DNA of 64,000 nt, taken from the NCBI RefSeq assembly GCF_039654945.1, contig NW_027361700.1, positions 8,618,001-8,682,000 of the forward strand, read 5' to 3'. Under the pieces are notes generated by a model that had not been told where the DNA came from, searched no databases, and saw only the letters and a program-made list of their open reading frames with translations. Below are positions 1 through 11,100 of the stretch, in pieces. Every line of letters begins with the position of its first letter. Position 1 is the stretch's first letter. The position numbers were made by a program, and so were the translations under genes. The stretch is from Dendrobates tinctorius (lineage: Eukaryota).

Positions 1-1213
1 TCAGACTAACTTAATTTCCTTCTATGACAGAATCACCTACAGGGTGGACCATGCAAATGCTGTAGATATAGCATATCTTGACTTCAGCAAAGCATTTGAC
101 AAAGTATCTCACACAATCCTTATTGAAAAAATGACTAAGTATGGAATGGACAAGGCAACTTTTAGGAGGATTCATTTTTGGCTTAGTGATGGGACCCAAA
201 GAGTGGTCATAAATGGCTGCACATCCAGTTGGAAGTTTGTCTCATGTGGGGTACCAAAGGGCTCTGTCCTGGGCTCTGTATTGTTCAACATCGTTATCAA
301 TGATTTAAATGAAGGAATTGAGGGTAAACTGATTAAATTTGCTGATGACACAAAGGTAGGAGGGATAGCTAATACTAGAGAAGAGAGAGAGAGGATTCAA
401 AAAGATATAAATAAACTGGAGCAGTGGGCAGCAGCTAAGAATGGTTTTTAACAGGGGAACATGCAAAGTACTACATCTGGGCAATAAAAATGAAAAAAGC
501 ATATACAGAATGGGAGGAATAGGGCTAAGCAACAGCACATGTGAAAAAGACTTGGGTATACTAATAGATCATAAACTGAACATGAATCAACAGTGTGATG
601 CAGCAGCAAAAAAGGAAAATGCAATTCTGAGATGTATTAACAGAAGCATACAGTCTAGATCATGCAAATTCATTATTGCCCTCTACTCCTCTTTGGTCAG
701 ACCTCATCTGAAATACTGTGTCCAGTTTTGGGCCCCACATTTTAAAAAAAGACATCAACAAACTGGAGCAAGTTCAGAGAAGAGAAACCAGAATAGTGAC
801 CGGTCTGCAAACCATGTCCTATGAGGAACTGTTACAGAATTTAGGAATGTTTAGCTTGCAAAAAAGAAGACTGAGAGGAGACTTAATAGCTGTCTACAAA
901 TATCTCAAGGGCTGTCACATTGTAGAAGGATCATCTCTATTCTCATTTGCACAAGGAAAGACTAGAAGCAATGGGATTAAACTGAATGTGAGGAGACACA
1001 GGTTAGATATTAGAAAAAAACTTTTTGACAGAGTGATCAATGAGTGGAGCAGGCTGCCATGAGAGGTCGTGAGTTCTACTTCAATAGAAGTCTTCAAACA
1101 GAGGCTGGACATACATCTGTCTGGGATGATTTAGTGAATCCTGCTTTGAGCAGGGGGTTGGACCAGATGATCCAGGAGGTCCCTTCCAACTCTTACCATT
1201 CTATGATTCTATA
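1..1213 (+). mobile_element. CR1 LINE, 3' part of ORF2 (reverse transcriptase), frameshifted
   Basis: ORFs 44-451, 441-824 and 718-1062 carry YLDFSKAFDKV, GVPKGSVLG, KFADDTK and LEQVQRR motifs. The fragment ends in a CR1-type ATTCTATG short-repeat tail near 1198-1213. Confidence 0.93.
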
Positions 1214-1214
1214 T

Positions 1215-1760
1215 GCCCGTACTAGGAATATACATTTAATACAAAAAATAATTACAAATATGAAAATTAAAAAAAATAATTATTAGCAGAAGAATGACGG
1301 ACCAAAGGAAGAGAAATAAAAAAATAAATAATTATGATCACATAAATAAGGCCCCAAGATAATTCATGCAGAAGGGAATTGTACAAGGAATTAAGTATCA
1401 TAAAAAAGTGTAAAATCCCAAAAGGGGTTAAATATGCACAAATAATTGCACTGAAATAAATCCAAAAAGAGGGAGTATATACCAGAGATCAGCGCCCAGT
1501 GATAGTGAAAATAAAAACAAAAAAGCAGCCCCAAAAAAATATGGATGTGAAAAGGTGAAAAATCACAAGTGCAGAAACAATTAAAGTGCGTAAGTGCAGA
1601 GCACAAATGTAAGGGCAATGAAGCACAATAAAGTGCTTAATGTGGAGAAACAGAGATGGAGGAACAATATAAAAGGGGCCTGTACCTTTACGAGCCACCG
1701 GTCCTAGTACAGCGCACACCCCCACATGCATTTCGGAATGAAATTCCTTTGTTCTGACTA
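1215..1760 (-). mobile_element. Probable Penelope-like element (pLTR) fragment with a degenerate hammerhead core
   Basis: Minus strand near 1720-1755 reads GAACAAAGGAATTTCATTCCGAAATGCATGTGGGGG (GGAAT/ATTCC stem followed by GAAA), then a long T-rich tract. Confidence 0.4.
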
Positions 1761-1768
1761 ATTCCTAC

Positions 1769-3164
1769 TTTCCAGGACGTCCTTCCTGACAGCACCACCA
1801 GGAGAAATACCAAATAACTCCTGCTAGGGCGGGATCACTGGTTGGAGGACTTTCCTCCCAAAGGCCATCTGTTGATTTGACAGAACGTCCAACCTATAAT
1901 GTCTGCAAAAAGTTTCTCTTCTTTTCCTCAGGAAGCACTATAGAGGAACCCTTGCCTTCTCACGTGTCAGAATTAGAATAGCAAAACAACTCTCCTTCCT
2001 CTGAGCTTGGGTCCACGTTCTATCGGGGTCTCTTAGGTCAACAGGACTGGGACGGCATTAGAGCAGAAACTGTGTTCTGTACCACTTCCCTAATCATGGT
2101 TTTTATGCTGGTTATCCATATGGCATGCTCTTTTAAGTAATTTGGTAAAGCAATCCTCACAGAGCTTTTTATCATAGCTCTCCGGAAATCTGACATTACA
2201 TATGGCACATCTATTAGCTTCCTTTTGGACGCTGAGGTGGACCGCCTACGTGTCTCTTTGTCCTAAAACACAATATACAAAAAGACCCCTGTAGCTACTT
2301 GGATCTAGGGCAAGTAAGGTGACTTAATACGCTTTACTCACATGATCCAAGGATGGCTCTAAGGACTGGACGTCAGAACGGCTAGCACTCTCCATAGTAA
2401 GGTAGGAGTGCTGCCAGCTGTCCCTCACCCTTAAGTAGTCCACCTTACATGGATTCAGGACATCTGATTAGTCAGCCTTCTGAGACCCTGTTGCTGCCAA
2501 TTCCAGTTAATGTGTGACCTTTGACAGTATTGTGCGTGCTTCGCCTGGAATGCATGCTAGAACACAGGAGAACACCGGTATCTGGCACCATCTTTCTGGC
2601 TAGTCACATGATCCCCTGCGTACATGCCCCCGGAAGCCGTGTCACAAGCATGCCCACCAATGACGTGTTGTGCTGGAAATTTGCCCAGGAGCGCACGCTG
2701 TCAGCCAGAAACCAACCCCGGTGCCTAGACATGGAACTGGCAGCTGACACCAAGAGCCCCTTGGAGACGAATACAGCTAGTCCCAGGAGCACACAGCTTG
2801 ACCAGACTCTGAGAGACCCTCAGGGTATCAGCATGATAACGGAAGCAAGCCCGCTGGACATGGCCTTCAAAGCCCAGAGCCCTCTAGAGAGGGATATGGC
2901 TATGCCCGTGAGCCCCCAGTTCAGCCGGATACTGATGGACTCCTTTAAAAAGAACTTCAGTGAGGCTCCAAGGTATGCACAGCCTATTCAGAGAACCTTC
3001 GCACGTGTGTTCCTCTTCCACGTCTGTGCCTGATAGGAACAAGAAAAACACTGAAAGGGGGTGGTAGGGAGGGACTATTTAACCTCTTCTGTGTTCTTGT
3101 CCCTACCAAGGATAAGAAGGACTACCTCATCCTGTTGGTGCTGTCAGGAGGGACGTTCTGGAAA
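1769..3164 (-). mobile_element. Internally deleted DIRS1-type (tyrosine recombinase) retrotransposon
   Basis: About 35-bp inverted termini (TTTCCAGGACGTCCTTCCTGACAGCACCA at 1769; TGGTGCTGTCAGGAGGGACGTTCTGGAAA ending 3164). Minus strand 1913-1824 translates TFCRHYRLDVLSNQQMAFGRKVLQPVIPP* (recombinase C-terminus). About 2220-2130 gives CAICNVRFPESYDKKLCEDC (gag-like CxxC..CxxC). Confidence 0.8.
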
Positions 3165-3909
3165 AAGAGACTATATTCTTGCTATGTGTTTATTTACAAT
3201 ATAACTATAGGACTAGCAATGGATAGGTGTCTTATAGGCACCTCTCCATTAGTAATTCTAGGGCTTGATGTCACCTGGCAATACAAAGGTGACATCAACC
3301 CCACAAATACGAACCCCACTTGCCACCACTACAGGGCAAGTGGGAGGAGCCGGGCAAAGCATCAGAATTGGGGCATCTAATAGATGCACCTTTTCTGGGT
3401 GGCTGAGGGCTGCTATTTTTAGACTGGGGAGCCTTGGCCCCTTACCAGCCTGAGAATACCAACCCCCAGCTGTCTGTTTTAGCTTGGCTGGTTGTCAAAA
3501 ATGGAGAGGACTACATGCCGTTTTCTTTTATTATTCATTTAAATAATTAAAAATACAGCATTGGGACCCTTCTATTCTTGATAACCACCCTTGCTGAAGC
3601 TGAGAATTGCAGCCCCAAGCTGTGAGTTTGCCTGGATGGTTATCAAAAATACAGGGGAACTCTCATCATTTTTTTTTTATTTATTTACAGCACAGAAGCC
3701 AGCTAATGAATACTTCCATCAGCAACTCCTGCTCTCACTGTTATTAGCAGCAGCAGGCGTGGGATAATGGGAGCAGTAGTTTCATTAGCCAACACCAGTG
3801 ACCGGAGGTAAACTTTATACCTCCGATCACAGTCTTTTGACAGCGTGGGAACCGCGTCTGTCTGACTGGCGGTGATGATTTTACCACAGATCAGAAGCAG
3901 TGTTTGCAA

Positions 3910-4386
3910 CTAGATTATTCCCCTGTTTGAGGAAGCCCGATAGGTGAAACAGCGCTGTCGGGGTATGGCTGGGTAACACAGATCTCTGGGTTATGACACT
4001 TTTGGTGTAAGTTACTATGTCTTATTTTGTAACAATATTCTGTTTAATCATGTATTGGTATTCAGATCGAGTTACCAGCACTGGTATATGTTCATATGGG
4101 AACGCTCTGTTAAAATACTATGCAGCTTTTGCACAGTGCACTTTATTTTATGCTGCTATAGAGATTTATGCATTTGTGAGTGCCCCTATAATTCATGCTG
4201 CAGAAAGTACACAATGCACTTTATTATTATTTTTTGCTGCTATTTTGTATTGTAGACCAGTGCTGAGATTATAGCTATGGACATTTAATGATACATATGA
4301 AAGCACTTATATTTATTTTGCAGCACTTGCACTATGCACTTCATTTTTTTGCTGCTATTTTTGATTATAGACAAGTGCAGCATGTG
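3910..4386 (+). mobile_element. Penelope-like pLTR fragment with a minimal hammerhead-like motif; interrupted by the hAT element and resuming at about 14432-14720
   Basis: CCCCTGTTTGAGGAAGCCCGATAGGTGAAACAGCGCTGTCGGGG at about 3920-3963. The T-rich low-complexity body continues after the hAT TSD and has AATAAA near 14671. Confidence 0.5.
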
Positions 4387-4617
4387 GTTATCATTAGAGT
4401 TGAGCGAAACGGGTCGAAAAATTTCAAAAGTCTCCGACTTTTGGCAAAGTCGGGTTTCATGAAACGAAACCTGACCCTAGGATGAGGTCGGCCACGAGGT
4501 CGGCGACTTACGCGCCAAAGTCGCGTTTCATAAGTTTGTTTTGCGCTCTTTTTCAGCCAATCAGGATCTCCGGATGGCTCCTTGGACACGACCAAGCAAA
4601 TCCCGGAAGGTCTCTTG

Positions 4618-4779
4618 AGCAAAGGTAATAGGTTTTTGACAACTATGAGTGACAATTACCTTTCACAGCTAATTCAGGACCCAACAAGAGGGGGGGCACT
4701 GCCACACCTAATATTAACCAACAGGCCAGACCGCATATCAAATATAAGGGTTGGGGGTCACTTGGGTAATAGTGATTAC
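4618..4779 (+). pseudogene. CR1 APE-endonuclease fragment enclosed between the two hAT left ends
   Basis: Translates SKGNRFLTTMSDNYLSQLIQDPTRGGALPHLILTNRPDRISNIRVGGHLGNSDY, homologous to the CR1 peptide in ORF 36762-37298 of this window (QKGNRFLLIAKNNYLSQLMQNPTRGAALLDLILSNRPDRI...GHLGNSDH). Confidence 0.9.
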
Positions 4780-4939
4780 TAGAGTTGAGCGAAACGGGTC
4801 AAAAAATTTCAAAAGTCGCCGACTTTGGGCAAAGTCGGGTTTCATGAAACGAAACCCGACCCTAGGATGAGGTCGGCCACGAGGTCGGCGACTTACGCGC
4901 CAAAGTCGCGTTTCAAAAGTTTGTTTTGCGCTCTTTTTC

Positions 4940-5090
4940 GGCCAATCAGGATCCACGGACACTGTGGGCAACGTGATGACATAGGCAGGGGTCACCACCA
5001 TCTTTCAGAAGGGCATGCAAGTGATTGGCTTGCTTTGGTGGGCGTCACAGGGGGTATAAAAGGGCGTGCACGCCGACCGCCATCTTACTT
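4940..5090 (+). promoter_or_regulatory. Putative Pol II promoter of the hAT transposase
   Basis: CCAAT (about 4942), ATTGG (about 5024), TATAAAAG at 5055 and a YY1-like CGCCATCTT at about 5078, in canonical order. Motif inference only. Confidence 0.5.
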
Positions 5091-5157
5091 CTGCCGATCT
5101 CAGTATAGGGAGAGGTTGCTGCTGATTCTGTAGGGAGAGCGTTAGGCAGGGAAGAAG

Positions 5158-5568
5158 ACAAAAAAACTGCTTCTGCTGCTAGCAATTTGGCCTGCACAAC
5201 ACACCAGTCACTGTGTGTGCAGTGCAAGGGGAGGCTATATAGTAGTGTATCAGTGGTGTTGGTTGTTGGGCTGCCTTCTAAGGCTTCCTGACATTCCTGC
5301 ATTGCTGTTTACCCACTGCTCCGCAAACTGCTTTTTTAAAAGCAATCCCAATTTTTTTTTTTGTCCTGCTGAGAAGAAAAAAAAACTGCTTCTGCTGCTA
5401 GCGATTTGGCCTGCACAACACACCAGTCACTGTGTGTGCAGTGCAAGGTGAGGCTATATTGTGGTGTATCAGTGGTGTTGGTTGTTGGGCTGCCTTTTAA
5501 GGCTTCCTGACAGGCTGGCATTGCTGTTTACCCACTGCTCTGCAAACTGCTTTTTTAAAAGCAATCCA
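5158..5568. repeat. Two-copy direct repeat, period about 220 bp, inside the hAT element
   Basis: AAAAAAACTGCTTCTGCTGCTAGC...TTTTTAAAAGCAATCC occurs at about 5161 and again at about 5380. Confidence 0.85.
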
Positions 5569-8040
5569 ATCTCCCTTATCCTCTAGTCACTTTTGTCACA
5601 GCTGTGCCATCGAACCTGTGACATAGCGCTCAGATATCAGTGGCCCTCACACAATCCAAAAGTGTCCAGTGTCCACAAGTGTCTGCAGAAATTCAAAATC
5701 TCCCTTATCCTCTAGTCACTTTGGTCACAGCTGTGCCATCGAGCCTGTCACATAGCGCTCAGATATTCATTGGGCCTCACACAATCCAAAAGTGTCCAGT
5801 GTCCACAAGTGTGTGCAGAAATTCAAAATTTCCCTTATCCTCTAGTCACTTTGGTCACAGCTGTGCCATCGAGCCTGTCACATAGCGCTCAGATATTCAT
5901 TGGGCCTCACACAATCCAAAAGTGTCCAGTGTCCACAAGTGTGTGCAGAAATTCAAAATCTCCCTTATCCTCTAGTCACTTTGGTCACAGCTGTGCCATC
6001 GAGCCTGTCACATAGCGCTCAGATATTCATTGGGTCTCACACAATCCAAAAGTGTCCAGTGTCCACAAGTGTGTGCAGAAATTCAAAATCTCCCTTATCC
6101 TCTCGTCACTTTTGTCACAGCTGTGCCATCGAGCCTGTGACATAGCGCTCAGATATCAGTGGCCCTCACACAATCCAAAAGTGTCCAGTGTCCACAAGTG
6201 TCTGCAGAAATTCAAAATCTCCCTTATCCTCTAGTCACTTTGGTCACAGCTGTGCCATCGAGCCTGTCACATAGCGCTCAGATATTCATTGGGCCTCACA
6301 CAATCCAAAAGTGTCCAGTGTCCACAAGTGTGTGCAGAAATTCAAAATCTCCCTTATCCTCTAGTCACTTTGGTCACAGCTGTGCCATCGAGCCTGTCAC
6401 ATAGCGCTCAGATATTCATTGGGCCTCACACAATCCAAAAGTGTCCAGTGTCCACAAGTGTGTGCAGAAATTCAAAATCTCCCTTATCCTCTAGTCACTT
6501 TGGTCACAGCTGTGCCATCGAGCCTGTCACATAGCGCTCAGATATTCATTGGGCCTCACACAATCCAAAAGTGTCCAGTGTCCACAAGTGTCTGCAGAAA
6601 TTCAAAATCTCCCTTATCCTCTAGTCACTTTGGTCACAGCTGTGCCATCGAGCCTGTCACATAGCGCTCAGATATTCATTGGGTCTCACACAATCCAAAA
6701 GTGTCCAGTGTCCACAAGTGTGTGCAGAAATTCAAAATCTCCCTTATCCTCTAGTCACTTTGGTCACAGCTGTGCCATCGAGCCTGTCACATAGCGCTCA
6801 GATATTCATTGGGTCTCACACAATCCAAAAGTGTCCAGTGTCCACAAGTGTGTGCAGAAATTCAAAATCTCCCTTATCCTCTAGTCACTTTGGTCACAGC
6901 TGTGCCATCGAGCCTGTCACATAGCGCTCAGATATTCATTTGGCCTCACACAATCCAAAAGTGTCCAGTGTCCACAAGTGTGTGCAGAAATTCAAAATCT
7001 CCCTTATCCTCTAGTCACTTTGGTCACAGCTGTGCCATCGAGCCTGTGACATAGCGCTCAGATATCAGTGGCCCTCACACAATCCAAAAGTGTCCAGTGT
7101 CCACAAGTGTCTGCAGAAATTCAAAATCTCCCTTATCCTCTAGTCACTTTGGTCACAGCTGTGCCATCGAGCCTGTCACATAGCGCTCAGATATTCATTG
7201 GGCCTCACACAATCCAAAAGTGTCCAGTGTCCACAAGTGTGTGCAGAAATTCAAAATCTCCCTTATCCTCTAGTCACTTTGGTCACAGCTGTGCCATCGA
7301 GCCTGTGACATAGCGCTCAGATATCAGTGGCCCTCACACAATCCAAAAGTGTCCACAAGTGTCTGCAGAAATTCAAAATCTCCCTTATCCTCTAGTCACT
7401 TTGGTCACAGCTGTGCCATCGAGCCTGTCACATAGCGCTCAGATATTCATTGGGCCTCACACAATCCAAAAGTGTCCAGTGTCCACAAGTGTGTGCAGAA
7501 ATTCAAAATCTCCCTTATCCTCTAGTCACTTTGGTCACAGCTGTGCCATCGAGCCTGTCACATAGCGCTCAGATATTCATTGGGCCTCACACAATCCAAA
7601 AGTGTCCAGTGTCCACAAGTGTGTGCAGAAATTCAAAATCTCCCTTATCCTCTAGTCACTTTTGTCACAGCTGTGCCATCGAGCCTGTGACATAGCGCTC
7701 AGATATCAGTGGGCCTCACACAATCCAAAAGTGTCCAGTGTCCACAAGTGTCTGCAGAAATTCAAAATCTCCCTTATCCTCTAGTCACTTTGGTCACAGC
7801 TGTGCCATCGAGCCTGTCATATAGCGCTCAGATATTCATTGGGTCTCACACAATCCAAAAGTGTCCAGTGTCCACAAGTGTGTGCAGAAATTCAAAATCT
7901 CCCTTATCCTCTCGTCACTTTTGTCACAGCTGTGCCATCGAGCCTGTCACATAGCGCTCAGATATCAGTGGGCCTCACACAATCCAAAAGTGTCCAGTGT
8001 CCACAAGTGTCTGCAGAAATTCAAAATCTCCCCTGTCCTA
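5568..8040. repeat. 130-bp tandem array, about 19 copies, upstream of the transposase
   Basis: Unit AATCTCCCTTATCCTCTAGTCACTTTGGTCACAGCTGTGCCATCGAGCCTGTCACATAGCGCTCAGATATTCATTGGGCCTCACACAATCCAAAAGTGTCCAGTGTCCACAAGTGTGTGCAGAAATTCAA. It has 129- and 130-bp variants, and one unit has an 8-bp deletion (about 7350). Confidence 0.97.
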
Positions 8041-8108
8041 TAGACACCTTGTACCTTGTTTTACATTACTATATAGTTTGTTGGATTTTGTCTACATTTC
8101 TACCAAAA

Positions 8109-11100
8109 ATGAGGAAGGCTGGTGGAAGAGGCCGTGGAATTGGGCGGGGGTTGGCAGCTGGTAATGATGGTGTTGGTGGTGTATCTGATGGTAGTGGCAA
8201 AAGCAAAATAGGACCGAATGCAGGAGGTGTTGAGCCTGCGTCATCGTCTGGCTACATAAGGCCTCGAATGCTTAGTTTTCTAGGAGTTGGCAAACCGCTT
8301 TTAAAGCCAGAGCATCAGGAAAAAGTTTTGTCTTACATTGCTGACTCAGCCTCCAGCTCTATCGCCTCCTCTTCTTCAGTTGTAAAAAGTAAAAGCACTG
8401 AGTCGTCATTGGAGGCTCATGTTCATGAACCACACCTTTCCTTGTGTCCTTCACCCCAACCAAGATTGAAGGATGACGCAGGCCATACTACTGATTACTC
8501 CATGGAGCTGTTTTCACATACCATGCCTGGATTATCAAGTCAAATGGTGAATTACCCAGGCCAAGATGAATCTGACATGGAGTGCACTGATGCACAGCCG
8601 CTGATGGATGATTCTGTTGGTACATTCACTCAGAGCACTACATTGTCCTCGCAGTGTACAGAGCCAGATTCTGACCCTGATGAGACTCAGGTGCCCCTTC
8701 CCGCACACTATACCACCATACACGGTGACACAGAGGAAGGTGCACATGACATAGAAGAGGAGGTGATGGATGACCCAGTTGTTGACCCAGATTGGCATCC
8801 ATTGGTGGAAAAGGGTGCTGCTTCCAATAGTTCAGATGAGGAGCATCCACAGCAGACATCGACATCGCAACAGCTGTTATCTGGCAGGCCCGGAGCACTC
8901 CAAAGACAGGTTCCAAACATCAAAAGAGTTGCTGGACAGCTTGTCCAGAGGGTCAAAAGATCACAGCGTGCTAGGCCGCAAAATGTCTGCCAAAGTAGGA
9001 AGAGTGCAGTGTGGCACTTTTTTGACCAAAATCCTCATGATCAGGCCAAGGTTATCTGTAAGAAGTGCGCAAAGACCTTTAGCCGAGGGAAAAATCTGAA
9101 AAATTTGAATACCAGTTGCATGCTTAGACATTTAACCAGCATGCACTTGCAAGCGTGGACACAACACCAAACCTCAAGTGCCACATGTGCAACTGATCAC
9201 AACGAAGGTAGTCAGCAACGCTACATTGTTTCCCCCACTGTAAGCCCACCGGTTAGCACAGCAGCAAATGTTGAGGTGTCGTTGCAAGGCCACAGCAGTC
9301 AGGGAATCCCACTGTTATATCAACGAAAGACTGATTCTAGGCCATCAGAAAGAACACCAACTCCATCACCATCATCAACCCTCTCTCAGTCCGCCCTGTC
9401 CACCGCTACTTCCACCATATGCAGCTCTCAAGTCCAGCTCAACCTCCCAGACACTATGAGTAGGTCAAGAAAGTACTCAGTCTCTCATCCGCGTACACTG
9501 GGTTTGAACGCCCACATTGCCAAACTAATCTTGTTTGAGATGATGCCCTTTCGGTTGGTGGAAAGCACAGCTTTCCGCGAACTCATGGCCTATGCAGTAC
9601 CACGCTATGACCTACCCAGTCGCCACTTCTTCTCTCGCAAAGCCATCCCAGCCCTCCACCATCATGTGAAAGACCGCATTGTCCATGCACTCAAGCAGTC
9701 AGTGAGCGGAAAGGTGCACCTCACAACTGATGCATGGTCCAGTCGGCATGGCCAGGGCCGTTACGTGTCCATCACTGCGCACTGGGTTAATGTGGTGGAT
9801 GCAGGGTCCACAGGGGACAGCGGTGGTGGGACAGTGCTGCCTAGCCCACGGTATAGGAAACAGTTGGCTGTAGGCGTTCGACCCTCCTCCTCCTCCAGAA
9901 GCGAAAGCTCGTCCACAGAGCGCAGTCGTACGAGCACTCCATCTGCAGCTGCCACTGTTGCACACGATGTGTCCCCCTATCGAGCAGCTAGTGGAAAGCG
10001 TCAGCAGGCTGTGTTGCAGATGATGTGTTTGGGCAACAGACACACCGCCGAGGTGCTGGCCGAGTACTTGAAGCGACAAACTGAGTCATGGCTGGGCAGT
10101 GTACATCTTGAGGCAGGCAAGGTAGTTAGTGATAACGGCCGTAATTTTGTGGCAGCCATAGCCCTTTCAAAACTCAGCCATATACCTTGCTTGGCTCACA
10201 CCTTGAACCTGGTGGTGCAGTGCTTCCTCAAAAATTATCCGGAGTTAACAGCCCTGCTCCAGAAGGTGCGAAGACTGTGTGCGCACATCCGCCGGTCGCC
10301 TGTACACTCCGTTCTTATGCAGAAGCTGCAGCGATTGCTCCACCTTCCCAACCACTGCCTCATTATCGACATTGCAACAAGGTGGAACTCCACCCTGCAC
10401 ATGGTGGAGCGGCTGTGCGAGCAGAGGCAGGCCATAATGCATTTGTGGGAGGATACACGGCCAGGCACTTTGAGAGCAGACATGGAGTTGACAGGTGTGC
10501 AGTGGTCGAAGCTGAAAGACCTCTGTAAAGTCCTTCAGTGTTTTGAGGAATGCACACGGCTGGTAAGCGCAGACAACGCCATCCTAAGCATGAGCATCCC
10601 ACTTATGTGTCTGCTCATGCAAACTTTGACGCACCTTAAGGAGCAGGCGTCTGCAGCCAATGTTGATGAGGAGGAAGAGGAGGAGGGAATCCTTGATGAC
10701 ATTCAGCCATTGTCTGCTCAGGGACCTCTCCTGGACGAGGTGGAGGAAGAAGAGGAGGAGGAGGAGGATGATGGGGATGATTACTTAGGGGAGGAGGATG
10801 CATCTCGTGGGGCTAGTGAAAATGTTGGTGTGGCAAGGTCTGGTACAGGGTTTGTGCGTGACTGGAGGGATGTGGATTTGCCAGAAAGTGCTCCTCCAAC
10901 CAGCACTCGCAGTGCATCATTGACACCGGGAACATTGGCCCACATGTCAGATTATGCCTTGCAGATCCTAAAAAGGGACCCACGCATTGCCAAAATGATG
11001 AACGATGACGACTACTGGTTGGCCAGCATCCTGGATCCACGCTATAAAGGCAAATTACAAAACATCATGCCACAGGAGAACCTTGACCTAATATTGGCTA

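Noticed and set aside
5568-8040. CRISPR-like array or a cluster of 81-aa genes
   Set aside because: The units are contiguous near-identical repeats with no unique spacers. The repeated ORFs start at TTG/GTG and simply result from the 130-bp period.
7839-8108. N-terminal 90 aa of the 1267-aa ORF in the track
   Set aside because: It begins at a non-ATG codon inside the tandem array; the first ATG is at 8109.
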